Assembly (NCBI GenBank): GCA_004764695.1
Contig: SMSO01000034.1
Coordinates: 372,001-436,000, forward strand
Origin: Schizochytrium sp. TIO01
Lineage: Eukaryota; Protista; Bigyra: Labyrinthulomycetes
Length of the DNA stretch: 64,000 nt
Direction: 5' to 3'
Shown: positions 11,601 through 21,961 of the stretch, piece after piece
How positions within the stretch are numbered: position 1 is the first letter of the stretch
Layout: the number at the start of each line of letters is the position of its first letter
The notes under the pieces: generated by a model
What the model was told of the DNA's origin: nothing
The model's input: only the letters and a program-made list of their open reading frames with translations
Database searches by the model: none
Position numbers and translations under genes: made by a program

Positions 11601-12343
11601 TGCGCATGAAGTCGATCCCTAGTTTTACTCTCGCGTCCCAATTTCTCTTGAACTTCATTTTCAAGTTCTCGAATCCTCGCCTCTGCTTCTCTGAGCGCTC
11701 TCATGCTTCGCGCAGCTCCATTCTTAGCTTCTGCGACTTCTCGAGCACGCTCTAAGAGTTCCTCTTCTTTAGCAATTTTGAGTTCTCTGGTCTCTTTGCG
11801 GGCACTTTCCAGCTGAGCTTGAAACTCAAGCGCTTGGGAGGCTTCACTTCTATCAGCTTCGGACCTCCTTTGCAAGTTTTGCACTATCTCACGCAGCTGT
11901 CGTTGTTGCAGAGCGCGTCGATTCACTTCTGCTGTAAGCTCTGATTCTCTACGACGAAGCGTCCCGTTTTCATTCCGCAGCGATTTGAGAGAATTTGAGA
12001 GTTTGGAGGCGCTTTCGCGTTCTCGCTCCAAAGCGGCTCTGGCATCCTTCTCACGTGCCATGGCGGCTGCTCCACGGGCGGCTTGCTCGTCAAGGAGCTC
12101 CGCAAGCACTGCCTGCTCTGCATTGGCCTTGGCGACGGCTCGCTCTAGCTCGAGTTCGCGAGCGGCACGGGACTTCAAGGCCTTGACCACCTCTGCGACA
12201 GCTGCATCTGCGTCAGACCGGGCCTGACGCCTGACGCCAGCCTGCGAAAGGAGCAGAGCACGTGCCGCGGCAACCTGCGAACGGGCTTCTGCCTCTGCCA
12301 CGCCACTTAGGGGGCTGCCGGCGGAGTTCATGCTGCCGTTCAT
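8687..12343 (-). CDS. Large coiled-coil protein with PH domain, DnaJ domain and putative second PH-like domain
   Basis: 1218 aa ORF; long A/E/Q/R heptad region; PH (GFLQK...WSRRWFVL...LLYF...WIDCL); J domain (LYRVLGV...KFHPDVNP...AYNVL...R.DY). Confidence 0.9.
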   Translation of the reverse strand: MNGSMNSAGSPLSGVAEAEARSQVAAARALLLSQAGVRRQARSDADAAVAEVVKALKSRAARELELERAVAKANAEQAVLAELLDEQAARGAAAMAREKDARAALERERESASKLSNSLKSLRNENGTLRRRESELTAEVNRRALQQRQLREIVQNLQRRSEADRSEASQALEFQAQLESARKETRELKIAKEEELLERAREVAEAKNGAARSMRALREAEARIRELENEVQEKLGRESKTRDRLHAQEIQQMQQAHQAQAQAKDQAREVEDVLQQKVEEQMLEIIRLQTEVTLRERSILEFKQKAAEEEAARALATPPSPTMQQQIARAMSVRSIGSTTSSATSKTGDENADENAHSLDGDGESESNEGHRSSKAKSQRTSSADANDNDDENENETTSAIEEAQAQTIMQQAERITALTDELHLARAEASKLRQDLANRGQLDLDSQKEIVSLNERLLRRERELQDAMREREDRDARELQMARYELNELQADMDTRILEIARLQTALTKAQSDEIQARNLAQESEDKYQALLARKGGVSSEELSRAMEQRQAAPATIDPGTMEEMRALAKRCQALSSEAADLREQYEQGTLALAEECRFLRDESLGQADEVKHLRELLETFKQLYEESERKNRTEEEEEEGEVKSSDQENPAVNASNNKSLSEVEAAALRDEALQIHSEVARVAGATQKVLKQTMELKRMYTEQQKQMQEQRQALQLQQKLALEKEAQRQFQPEEEAEYRRSAMRDTKPRRSIPKSYNARSYSYEEEDEDEMEEIDVHAATEADLRDDSPGIYTKEDAFEFVRGNHKSPYSGSRRDSAASRLSQIEAENAREAELPTTPGMIEEEDDDEDFAQEQRRKGGQDVEGAVSAVNGEGNEDEVEDNMPKARVILNGFLQKAPKNIANKPYWARWSRRWFVLTTTKLLYFRSSSSRAPRAVLDLRYIQVYAPQNDLDQRGCKFVLRTPDRIYQLCAESPQVMSTWIDCLEDAISEAPLMNKGQGRTASQLASGNMTLYRVLGVPKRAPLADITAAYEAKAAKFHPDVNPDPDMEAFNLLEKAYNVLATPSLRTDYNTSLDIRRLFEGGFVAMLHPEAVFYESGSFRSRKPMWRRFLSDQGFQNITWGSPTGNFNTDDSGCGAISLVDIDVVRLGEDAVEGTLLRMPHPRQTCCFTLVSSAQSLIVNIEVDSQVERDKIIRGLRILVQEARDVSVPPPSPRAP

Positions 12344-12617
12344 GGCGAAGACGAGTTGTGAACGAGGTTGTTGTAAAACAAGCTAGCTTAGAGGCCGCCA
12401 GCGCAGCAGCCAGCGCTGAGAACGGCCAACAGGGGGTTTCCCGGCGCTGCAGAGACTGCAGATGCTGCAGAGGCAGCTGCAGGAGCTTCGATGAAGTCTG
12501 GCCCTGCTTGTTTTGGTTTGGGTTTGATCGATTTGATCGATTTGATCGATTTCCGACTTTGACTTTCATTTATTGTTGACGTTTCCAATTCCAATTTCCA
12601 ATTTCCACTTTTATGTT

Positions 12618-12618
12618 T

Positions 12619-12658
<40 letters not shown>

Positions 12659-12660
12659 TT
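12618..12660. repeat. (CTTT)n microsatellite
   Basis: Directly visible. Confidence 0.95.
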
Positions 12661-12906
12661 AAAAATAAACAAAATAGATCAGTACTGCATATTTAATATT
12701 ATTGATGTACTTTGTAGTTTTAAACATAGTAGAAGGCCAGGTACTGCTTTGCGTCATAGAACTCAGGTTGTGCGACTCGAGGCAATGGGGCCAGGCATTG
12801 ACTCTGCACGATGCTTCGGAGTCTGCTTACGCAGTATTCATTGGTTATCGTTCAACGATGATCGTTTTCACGCGCGCGCACACTCACTCCTTTTATCACT
12901 CATTCC

Positions 12907-12946
12907 CTCACTCACTCACTCACTCACTCACTCACTCACTCACTCA
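12907..12946. repeat. (CTCA)n microsatellite
   Basis: Directly visible. Confidence 0.95.
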
Positions 12947-15900
12947 GTGGCGGCACTTTTTAAGAGGAGGTAAGTAGAAAGAAGCATTACTTCTCTTACA
13001 AATTGCATCGATACAACTTTACGAAGTAATGATCATCTTGCAGTTCAGGTTCTGCCTAGCTCTGGTGGAGGGCGATATAGTTGACATCGTTTCCGAGCTA
13101 GCTGCCATTTTTGAAGACTTGAAGATCTCGATCTCTAGCTCGCCGTTGATGGTTTTGCTCAAGTTTGCGATGTGTGCATGCACGCATGAATATGAAGGAG
13201 AATGAGCATGCACAACTTGAGCAGGTAGAGTTTCTTGTGTGCAGGGATGCGATTGATGATGATACTATGCTCGATACTTTGCGATTGTGCCATGTCACAA
13301 GATGAAATGATCCAGACACGAAGCATCGCGCTTTCGAACGTAGTAGCTATGTTAGACTTCTTGAGGTTACATGCACAATAATCGCGTGTATGACTTCGGG
13401 TGTCATCTACCGCTGCACTACTCAGCAGCTGACTAGATAATCGTGCAAGCAGCGCCCGGACTCAAGTCCTTTTCGGTGCAGACATAGCGCTCGATAGACT
13501 TGACAACCCGGCAAGGTGATGTATTGTATGGGGGCTCAGGGATCTCGTTAATATTTCAGAAATTGGACCAAATCTCCAGAGATCTCCAGGTCTGGGAAAC
13601 CAAACCAACGAGTATCTGCACCACCGCCTCCGTATCCCATGATCAAAATATGCAATAACTTGAGTTATTCACTGCCGAAATGAATTCCTGGAGAGCAGCA
13701 TTCGACCCTCGGCATCGTGAACCTGCTAAGGTTTGGGCCCAAATGACAAACCTCCTCGCTGTCTTCATTTCGTAGCCGCAAGTTTTTTCTGTTGACTGCT
13801 TTTTATTTTGTATTCTTCGAAAGCACCCGAGCACGTGTACACAACTAACTAAAGAGGCTGAACTAACCAAAGCAAACTCAAGTTCACTTCCCTTCGCGTT
13901 CCTCATTTTCTCAAGCCCCTTATTTGCAGCTCTACTTGCGACCACAGAAGGGGATCCCGCCTCTTCGAGGGTGCAGGCAGCCTTAGGCAGCTCTGATTGA
14001 AACTCTCCTTTCGGCCATGGTCAATTACTTATCCATCTCACGGATGGTGCACAAACCAAAAGGTCTTTCTTTCTTTCATCTTCTTTTAATTCTAATTTGG
14101 ACTACATATTAAAACCAAAAATTAAAATTAAAAACTATCATAAGAATTCTTTCTCTCATTTGCAAAATTGATTCATTTTCTTTTTTCTTTTCTTTTCTTT
14201 TTATAAACACTTGTGCAGGCGGCAATATATTATAAGACACCACGTCGATAGTATTTATTAGTATTGATTTATACTAGGTCTGCTGGCGTGAATAAGATGT
14301 GCATGGTGAAGAGTGCTCTGAGCTTGTCTGAGCTATTACTATGCCGAGAGCATGAGAAGCAGAGCAACGGCAAGCCGACATTGTTTACGATGTTTGGTCA
14401 AAAGCAGCGGCATCCATGGCTGAGCACGCTGTGAATATCTTCTACGAGGCGGGCGAGGTCAGGGCTGTGCTGACTCGCTAGCTATAACGTAACAAGCGGC
14501 TGTTTCACGCTATGGGGAATTACATCCTCGCCGTTTCGTTGTCTCTTATTTTCATTCTTTTCAGAAACTCTTCGAGGGTGCACCTGCTCCACGAGGCGGA
14601 GACAACTTGAACAGATGGCGCAAAACATGAACTCAGCAGAAATAAACAGCAAGCAAAGTCGATCTTCGTACGAAACTAATAAATAGCCTGAGGAATTCAA
14701 CAGCGGTGGTCCGGGAGAACCCTAGTACGAAGTCACATAGCGAGGGGAATGAATAAAAATTTTCTTTCAATTGACCAAAGCCCTTCACCGTTGAAGATCA
14801 AAGTTATGGAGCACTGTGATGGAGATAAATCCTGGAGAGCAGTCGAGTAAGCCGAGCTTCTCGTGCTCACCTCTGGAGCTATGCCACGCCACAACTTCAA
14901 TAATATCGTGTCGAAAGTGCTCCATTTCCATAAATAGCATCAAAAGCAAAGCAACATAAAGTAAAACGCATTAAGCTTTGACCTCAGACCAGCTTTGAGC
15001 TTGAACAATCTTCACTGACGTTAAATACCTTTTGCAAATAGATTGCGAGCTAGCAAGGAGCTGACGGTCGAGTGATTCCACAGCCTGTAGTCAGGATGAC
15101 TATCGCCTGCTGGAAACTGCGACATGAAATTTAAGTATTAATTTCAATTTGCAAAAAATGAAAATAGATAGTCCTGGTATTACAAAAGGGCGCATGCGCA
15201 GGTGTGTGTAAGTTATTTTATTTACTATTGCCCGTGCACCAACAGCGCCATGTTCTCTCTAAAAGCCACAGGGGATTTGTTGAGCTTTATGTTCTCTGGG
15301 CAGAGCGGGTGGAGCAGAATTCTTCGTTGACTGCACAATCTTCAAGAGATAGGTAGGATAATGGGTATTCATCCAAAGTTTACCTCGAGATGTGTTGATC
15401 ATAGTCCAGAACATTAGGCAATATGTTTTGTTCTTATCCTTAGATTTTTATTACTTTAATTCTTAATTTTACATTAGAAAAGTGTTTTTACTTTTTTTAA
15501 GAGGTTCGATGAGAGAAAAGGATCACGAAATAATGGATAACCATGTTCTTCTTTGTCTCGTTCAAGCTCAGCGCAGATCAAACCGCACCTGGACAGTGTG
15601 GCCGGCTTCGAGGATTCACATCTAGTGGTCGAACCTAGCTTTTCATCACGGTTCAGAGCTTTATTTCATCTAATTTCGTTTAGCTGTTGTTTTGACCACG
15701 ATAAGCTACGAGTAGGTTGGTACTAGTCAGCGCTAGAGTCCAATCTCTTTCTTAACATACAAAGGTGGAAAACCATTCATGTCGCGTGGACCTTCTGTAA
15801 CGAGATCCTTTTGCAACCAACTTCTTTCCCCAAAAACTGATAGGCACTATTACCTAGGTACTGAGTTATCTTGCCTTTCCTGCTGTACATTTGCCGAATG

Positions 15901-17158
15901 TCTTTGGAGCTACTATCGCCAGCAATATGAGCATTAGGAGTACTGACAGGGATGCTTTTGGAGTATCAGCAACCAACCAGACATTCGCAGTGTAAAATCG
16001 TGTGCTTTTATCACCTTCAGCCATCGACTTACGTTCTTGTCAAATTGATCATCATGAATCTATGGTGATCTACTATGGACGCACGGCATATTCCACCAGG
16101 AAGTCATACCAACAGCAGCAGCAGGAGGAGAAGATCCTTGAGCCGCGAGCTTACGTCTTAGGGCCGGGACCTGGAGAGTCTTTTAGAGATGTACACCGTG
16201 ACCATAAAATTCGACTCGCTCAGATGATCATGGAGGACAGTAATGCTGACTCCACTGTTGTGCCATCTACCATATTGGTGCAGTGAGTCTGTGAAAGTCG
16301 TTCTTGCGATGCAGTTCCGACTTTGCGATAGCCACAATTTTCATTTTCAGCTTATTGCTTGGAAATTTCGGGATTGAAGAGGTTCAATATTCATCGGACA
16401 GTCGTAGCACGACCCAAAGAAAAATCACTGGAGTACCATGGTGCGCAGTGCTATTTTCTTTGTTTTTTGTAAGCATTGGGATCATGGGCGGCCGAGCACG
16501 GCCGCAAAGAAGCAGATGACTATCTTCCATGACTCCATCATGGCTATTGTAATTAGGAAGTACCTACCTACAATGGAGGAACGGTTTAAGGTTCATGATG
16601 CTTTCTTTCGCATTGCGCCAGCATGGTTATATCGATTGTTTGAATTTATAAAACTAGATCCATTTGTTATTTTGAGATGCAAATCATAAGTGAAAATGTT
16701 TGACGAATAGCTGACAGGAACTCAGTACTTTATTCCTTCTGCCAAATTACAGAATTGCGGAGGTATTGTTCTTTCCCAAATATATGCTTAAATGGAGTTT
16801 CGAGTTAATGCTCTTATTCTGGTAGATGGTTAGACACAGATAAAAGTAGAAACAGTAATTATATTTCAACGTAATCATATATCTTTCAGTTTTTAAAACG
16901 GGAGGGATAACTCTTCAGATGCAATGGGTGCGATGTTGTATTTAGCTCTTTAAAAGATACTATATTGTAAATCGGCAAATCAAACTGCATACCATGTTCT
17001 CTACAATTTTGCCACTTTCAATCTTTAAAAACAAAACAAAAAGAAACACATGTTGTTTTCTTTCTGAAATCAGAAGGTTTAACTTGAGCTGCAGGCTAGA
17101 CAATTGAAGATCTTTTAATGAAGCTAATGCCTTATTTAAAAGTAGATAAAAAGAGGAT

Positions 17159-19300
17159 TTACAAGACAGAACGAATGTTGCCATTTTCGTCGAGCTTAGC
17201 ACCGTTGATTTTAGTAGAGAGTGTCTTGCGGTACATCTCGTGCACTGAGGGGTCAGTCATAGGCTCGTAATGCCTTACAACGCGATCTAACCAGTATTCG
17301 TAGAGCGCAAAGTCTTCGGCGTGCTTGGTACTTGCAGCAGTCCGGGCAGCAAGACCGCAGATATAAAGGCGAGAGATGTTCATAGTGAGACGACGCGCAT
17401 TCCATTCAAAGTGTTCAAGGTTCATAGCATTTGACTTGATGTAGCCAAAGACCTTATCCACTTCACCCCGCATTGCGTTTCCAGCGTCGCCCTCTGGCGC
17501 CAAGCCTCGCAATTCATTATACATAGCCTCTAATGCCTCTGGTTCACGAGCAGCCACACGCAAGAGATCAAGACTCAAGGTATTCGTGGTACCTTCCCAG
17601 ATGGGCATAACACTTGCATCACGAAATATCGTAGACATGTGGTTATTCATCACACCTACAGCACCGAAAAGTTCCACGCCTTCGCTCATCAGGCGAACAA
17701 GCTCGCGAGTTGTGAAAACCTTGACCAACGAAGTAGATGCGCGCAAAAGGGCATCCTCGTGAGAGCTGGCTTTGCCAGTTTCAACAAGACCCAGCAAGCG
17801 AGCAACTTCAAAGACAAACAATGTACTCCCACGCACGTCCATGTCATACTCATAAAGGCTCTGCAAATGCAAAGGCTTATCAACAATTGCCTTTCCAAAT
17901 GCATGTCTGTTATGTGCAAAGTCGATGGCTAGATTTCTCATGCGAATGCAGTACCCAACAGAGCTGAGTGCAGTGTGAAGACGCGTGATAGTGAGCATTG
18001 GTGTTACAGCCTTCACGCCTGCTCCCTCTTTTGAGACCAGATGCGCATGGGCCCCCTCGAGAACCAGTTCGGCTGTGGGAAGTTGCTTGGTGGCCATTTT
18101 ATCTTTAAGACGCTGCACCTTGATGTTATTCAGAGGAAGCTCCGTTGAGCCACCCTCAGCTGCCTCCTCAGATGTCAAGTGTCTCGGATCCTTGTGCGTG
18201 CGCAAGAAGAACAAGGAAAGAGGCTTTCGGTCACGATCGAGATCAGGCGAAGCCTGATCTGTAATAGAAGCAAATGTCATCGTCATCTCGCTATCTACAG
18301 CGGACGTAAACCATTTGTATCCATAAAGCGCATGTGTAGACGTCGCCGACGGGCGTTCTAAGGCAAAGGTTTGCGTCGCGCGTGCCAGATCTGAACCTCC
18401 ATTCTTCTCCGTCATCCATTGGCCCGAGGTCCAAAACTTGGACGGGTCGCGCGAGGTTAGGTTCTGATACGCGTTGCGAAGCTCTTTGATAGTCTTCTCC
18501 TCGAGCTGGCGAGTTGGGGATTTAGGACTTAAAGAGCTCTGTTCGGAGAGCATCCCTCCAATTGCCAATGCGGCGCCATCAGTCATCGCAAGCGGGCAGC
18601 CAAACATGCCACTACTCGGGTTGAACATCATAAGCTTGATGACTTGATAAATGCGAGCATCTGGGGTGCGTCGTTCGTACGGAATTGCAACTAGGCCTTC
18701 GATCGCTGACTCTCGCTTAAAATAGCGCCATCCTTCAGACAAGTGCAAGCGATCAATGCGTTGGCCCCACTGGTTGTACTGCTCCAGTTGAGGCGGGAAC
18801 CGCTCCGCATTATCGGCCATCTTGAGGTACTCTGCACCACATTTCGCACCAAAATTGACCAGATCTGCTTCAATGTCCGCGAAGTCGCTCGCGTCTTTGA
18901 GCCAAACTTTCACAAAGCGCTGCAAGCTCTCGTCCTCCAAGTAAGTATTCCCGATGCGAGGTCCGCCTTGGAAGTCTTGCACGCGTTGATCCATGGCTGC
19001 TCTGTTCTTCAAGACCTCCTCGGTGAGGACTTCGTGTGTTGTTTTCGAGTGCTCTTCGACCGTGGTTTTCGTCGAAGAAGAAGTAGTAGACGAAAGTCGA
19101 GACGAGACCTGCTCTGTAAAGGCTGACTTGTTGTTGCCAGTTTCAACTCCAAGACACGCTCTAGGTCGCGCCCCTACAAGCGCAGGGACTCTTCCACCGC
19201 CAAAGTTTCTTACTAATTGCCGCGCAGCCAGAATCGGGTTCTGTTTCAACTCGTCTCGGAGCAGGACCTTTGCAGCTCGGGGGAGACCGTCCTGCAGCAT
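17159..19300 (-). CDS. Acyl-CoA dehydrogenase, AidB-like, with probable mitochondrial presequence
   Basis: CPLAMTDGA, SGQWMTEKNGGSD, LYGYKWFTSA, RLKDKM..QLPTAE, MLTITRLH, FRDASVMPIWEGTTN motifs; Arg-rich N-terminus. Confidence 0.93.
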   Translation of the reverse strand: MLQDGLPRAAKVLLRDELKQNPILAARQLVRNFGGGRVPALVGARPRACLGVETGNNKSAFTEQVSSRLSSTTSSSTKTTVEEHSKTTHEVLTEEVLKNRAAMDQRVQDFQGGPRIGNTYLEDESLQRFVKVWLKDASDFADIEADLVNFGAKCGAEYLKMADNAERFPPQLEQYNQWGQRIDRLHLSEGWRYFKRESAIEGLVAIPYERRTPDARIYQVIKLMMFNPSSGMFGCPLAMTDGAALAIGGMLSEQSSLSPKSPTRQLEEKTIKELRNAYQNLTSRDPSKFWTSGQWMTEKNGGSDLARATQTFALERPSATSTHALYGYKWFTSAVDSEMTMTFASITDQASPDLDRDRKPLSLFFLRTHKDPRHLTSEEAAEGGSTELPLNNIKVQRLKDKMATKQLPTAELVLEGAHAHLVSKEGAGVKAVTPMLTITRLHTALSSVGYCIRMRNLAIDFAHNRHAFGKAIVDKPLHLQSLYEYDMDVRGSTLFVFEVARLLGLVETGKASSHEDALLRASTSLVKVFTTRELVRLMSEGVELFGAVGVMNNHMSTIFRDASVMPIWEGTTNTLSLDLLRVAAREPEALEAMYNELRGLAPEGDAGNAMRGEVDKVFGYIKSNAMNLEHFEWNARRLTMNISRLYICGLAARTAASTKHAEDFALYEYWLDRVVRHYEPMTDPSVHEMYRKTLSTKINGAKLDENGNIRSVL

Positions 19301-20248
19301 GCCTCGCTGCCAGTCCGACAGGTGGGTCGAGAAGTGGGTTCTCAGACCTTTAAAAGCTCGGGGTCCTTGTTACTTTCGCAAAGACAACTCGTTCCTAAGC
19401 GTGCCCTTTTCAGAAGGTCCTTGCTCCAAAGCTTAAAGCTGCGATTGGGATTTGATTCGCACTGAAGAATCGAAGTCGAAATTACGTAATCATAGGAACT
19501 CCTAAAAGTCACAACGGAGAAAACTTTTTTGCCCATTTCTTTTCTGTAGTACTAAGTACCTAAACCCGGGTCGATGTCCTCAGACAGCTTTGGCATCAAG
19601 CCACGTTTAATGTGTCTCGAAACTGCAGCTGACAGCTTCATGGCTCTGGAGCTGACTCTGGGACGATTTCGTGTCAATCTTCGAGTTCCACAGAAAGCAT
19701 AAATACATCTATTAACTTACTTTTCAAGTCGAAGTTGAAGAATCTCGCGCCAAACCAGAAAAGATCTTGTGATTCGTGTAAGAGGTTACACTCCCACAAT
19801 GCTCCCTCATGGTACTTCCCTCTTGGGGCATATGCTCGAATGCGCAGGGTTCTTTTAGAAGTTTAGGCGAGGTCACGAGAGGATTTCACACCCTCTGAAA
19901 GCCGCTTACAAAAACGTTGAAAGAGGCCTTTAAAGTGGCCCATTCATATCGTGCACGAAACTGTTCAACGGACTCCTTGTGAGATGGAGGTCCTCATGGT
20001 ACGAGGAGTTCTGACTTGGAGGAAGTGCAAGCTGCTCGCATCGATGGCTGCCAAGCAGCAGGTTTTTGCCGCAGGTGCGTGGACCAGCCGGTAAATGAAG
20101 TCTGTCTGTACAAAGTGGATTTGTGTCGAAACAGTCGCATGATTTGAGGTTCATGCGCTTTATGCAGCGGGTGCTGGTTTTACAGAATTTTATATATTTC
20201 TATATTCACAAGACAGTCGTCCAAGTGTAACTCGTGGGGGTGGGAAGG

Positions 20249-21883
20249 ATGGGCTACCTTCGCAACCTCAAGTGGCAAATTGCAGTATTATTGGGCCACG
20301 AAAATCTTCTGAAAAAGAAGAGACTCCGTGCGAAGCGGACTCATATTGCAGAGGACGACGAAGAACGCGAGCTGGAAAAGAGGTACTCGTACTCATTTAT
20401 CGATAGAAATGTGCGCCGCAAACTGCGTCTTTGGCTTTCTCGAACGGAAATGGACGCCATAGCTCTACTTTTTGACTCCTTGAGCGAGACCTACCCAGGT
20501 CAGCGTCTTACACGGATTGAATTTCTTCACATGGTCATGCAGTCTAGTGGTTCGAGCAGCGAACGTCCTGAACCTCTGACGAAGACTGATGTAAATGATA
20601 TTCTTGCTCTCTTTGAACATGCCAAAACTATCCACCGGGACTACGAGTACATCATCCCAGGCAAGCACCACCCTTATGTGAAAGAGAGATACAAAAAGAA
20701 ACGCTGGTATCGACTCAAGCGCAAATATCTTGGTGAAAAATGGGTACAAAACCCCAAGACAGTCCCCGAAGAGTCTCCACTTGATCCAGAAGAAGAACGT
20801 CAACGAGACATGGAGAGGGACTCTATCGACCTGCATGAGCTACTTCTGGCATTTTCATTCTGGAAACGTATTGAGGTTGCTGGAGAAATTCTTGATGGGA
20901 TGGATGACATCACATTTTATTTTTTCCTCTTTGAAGCAGGATCAAAACTCCGACTTATGGAAGGTGAATTTGCAATGGCCATGCGAACGCTACTTGAGGC
21001 TGTGTACATTTCTGACTACGAAGACCCTATTGGGATTCCGACGGATTGTGACCCGGATGAGTACGAACGCCAAAAGGCAAAAGAAAATATCATAGCAGAT
21101 CTTGAGGAGCTTGATCGAAACTTTCTCATGGATACTAAAAGTTTAGAAATGGAACGCAAGAAAAAAAAACTTGTCGAAAGATACCTAGATTGCGTTTATG
21201 ACGACATTGACCAAGCAGAAATGCAGGTTCTTGATAAAGAAGACATTGAAGTATGGCTACATGATAACCCCGAAGCTCTGGCGGAATTCACAAACAATGA
21301 TGGAGAATCAATACTTGACCGCGCTCTTCAGGATGCCCATATTAAACAGGGTGATATAGATCGCGAACATTTCTATGCATTCATGGAAAACTCTCATATT
21401 CTTACACACGAATTGTGTCTCCGTTTGGAGATCAAGTTGTTTGAACTTTCCAGTAAAATTGCACAGGAAATTTTTGATATTAAGACAAGGCGCTCTGTGC
21501 GCCTCCAAGAGTTCCGTCAATTCTTGCGCGAGTCACCGGATAAGCGTCTGGCTTCTATGATTGTTCGCGTCTCGAGGGCTATCCGAATGGAGTATCAGCG
21601 CATTTCCCCACGGGCAAGGCAAGCTTTAATACAGGTGCTGCGATATCAGGTCAAGAAACCAAAATTTGCAACACCAAAAGACCCTGGAGAGGCGCTCAAG
21701 CAAAGAAAGCAGCTTCAATCCCCTTCTTTAACAGACTTGCGCAAGCGCTACGCAGATCGCTCGCCCTTAGAGAGACTAAGATTAGAGCCCCTTCCAGAAG
21801 CCATAGAAGATGAAGTAGCCACTACATATTCAGTTTATAGCTCTACTTATAGTGAGGCTTCCTCACGACACTCTGGAAAGTAA
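20249..21883 (+). CDS. Hypothetical protein with probable degenerate EF-hand-like helices
   Basis: 544 aa ORF from ATG 20249; LTRIEFL, SIDLHEL, IDREHF and VRLQEF resemble EF-hand loop/F-helix ends, but no canonical Ca-binding loop is present. Confidence 0.7.
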   Translation: MGYLRNLKWQIAVLLGHENLLKKKRLRAKRTHIAEDDEERELEKRYSYSFIDRNVRRKLRLWLSRTEMDAIALLFDSLSETYPGQRLTRIEFLHMVMQSSGSSSERPEPLTKTDVNDILALFEHAKTIHRDYEYIIPGKHHPYVKERYKKKRWYRLKRKYLGEKWVQNPKTVPEESPLDPEEERQRDMERDSIDLHELLLAFSFWKRIEVAGEILDGMDDITFYFFLFEAGSKLRLMEGEFAMAMRTLLEAVYISDYEDPIGIPTDCDPDEYERQKAKENIIADLEELDRNFLMDTKSLEMERKKKKLVERYLDCVYDDIDQAEMQVLDKEDIEVWLHDNPEALAEFTNNDGESILDRALQDAHIKQGDIDREHFYAFMENSHILTHELCLRLEIKLFELSSKIAQEIFDIKTRRSVRLQEFRQFLRESPDKRLASMIVRVSRAIRMEYQRISPRARQALIQVLRYQVKKPKFATPKDPGEALKQRKQLQSPSLTDLRKRYADRSPLERLRLEPLPEAIEDEVATTYSVYSSTYSEASSRHSGK

Positions 21884-21961
21884 AAAGTAAAGTTTATTAG
21901 TGAAAGTACAGAAGAAACAAATCCGCACAATGATTGAACACTGCGCAGTAGTAAATAACTA

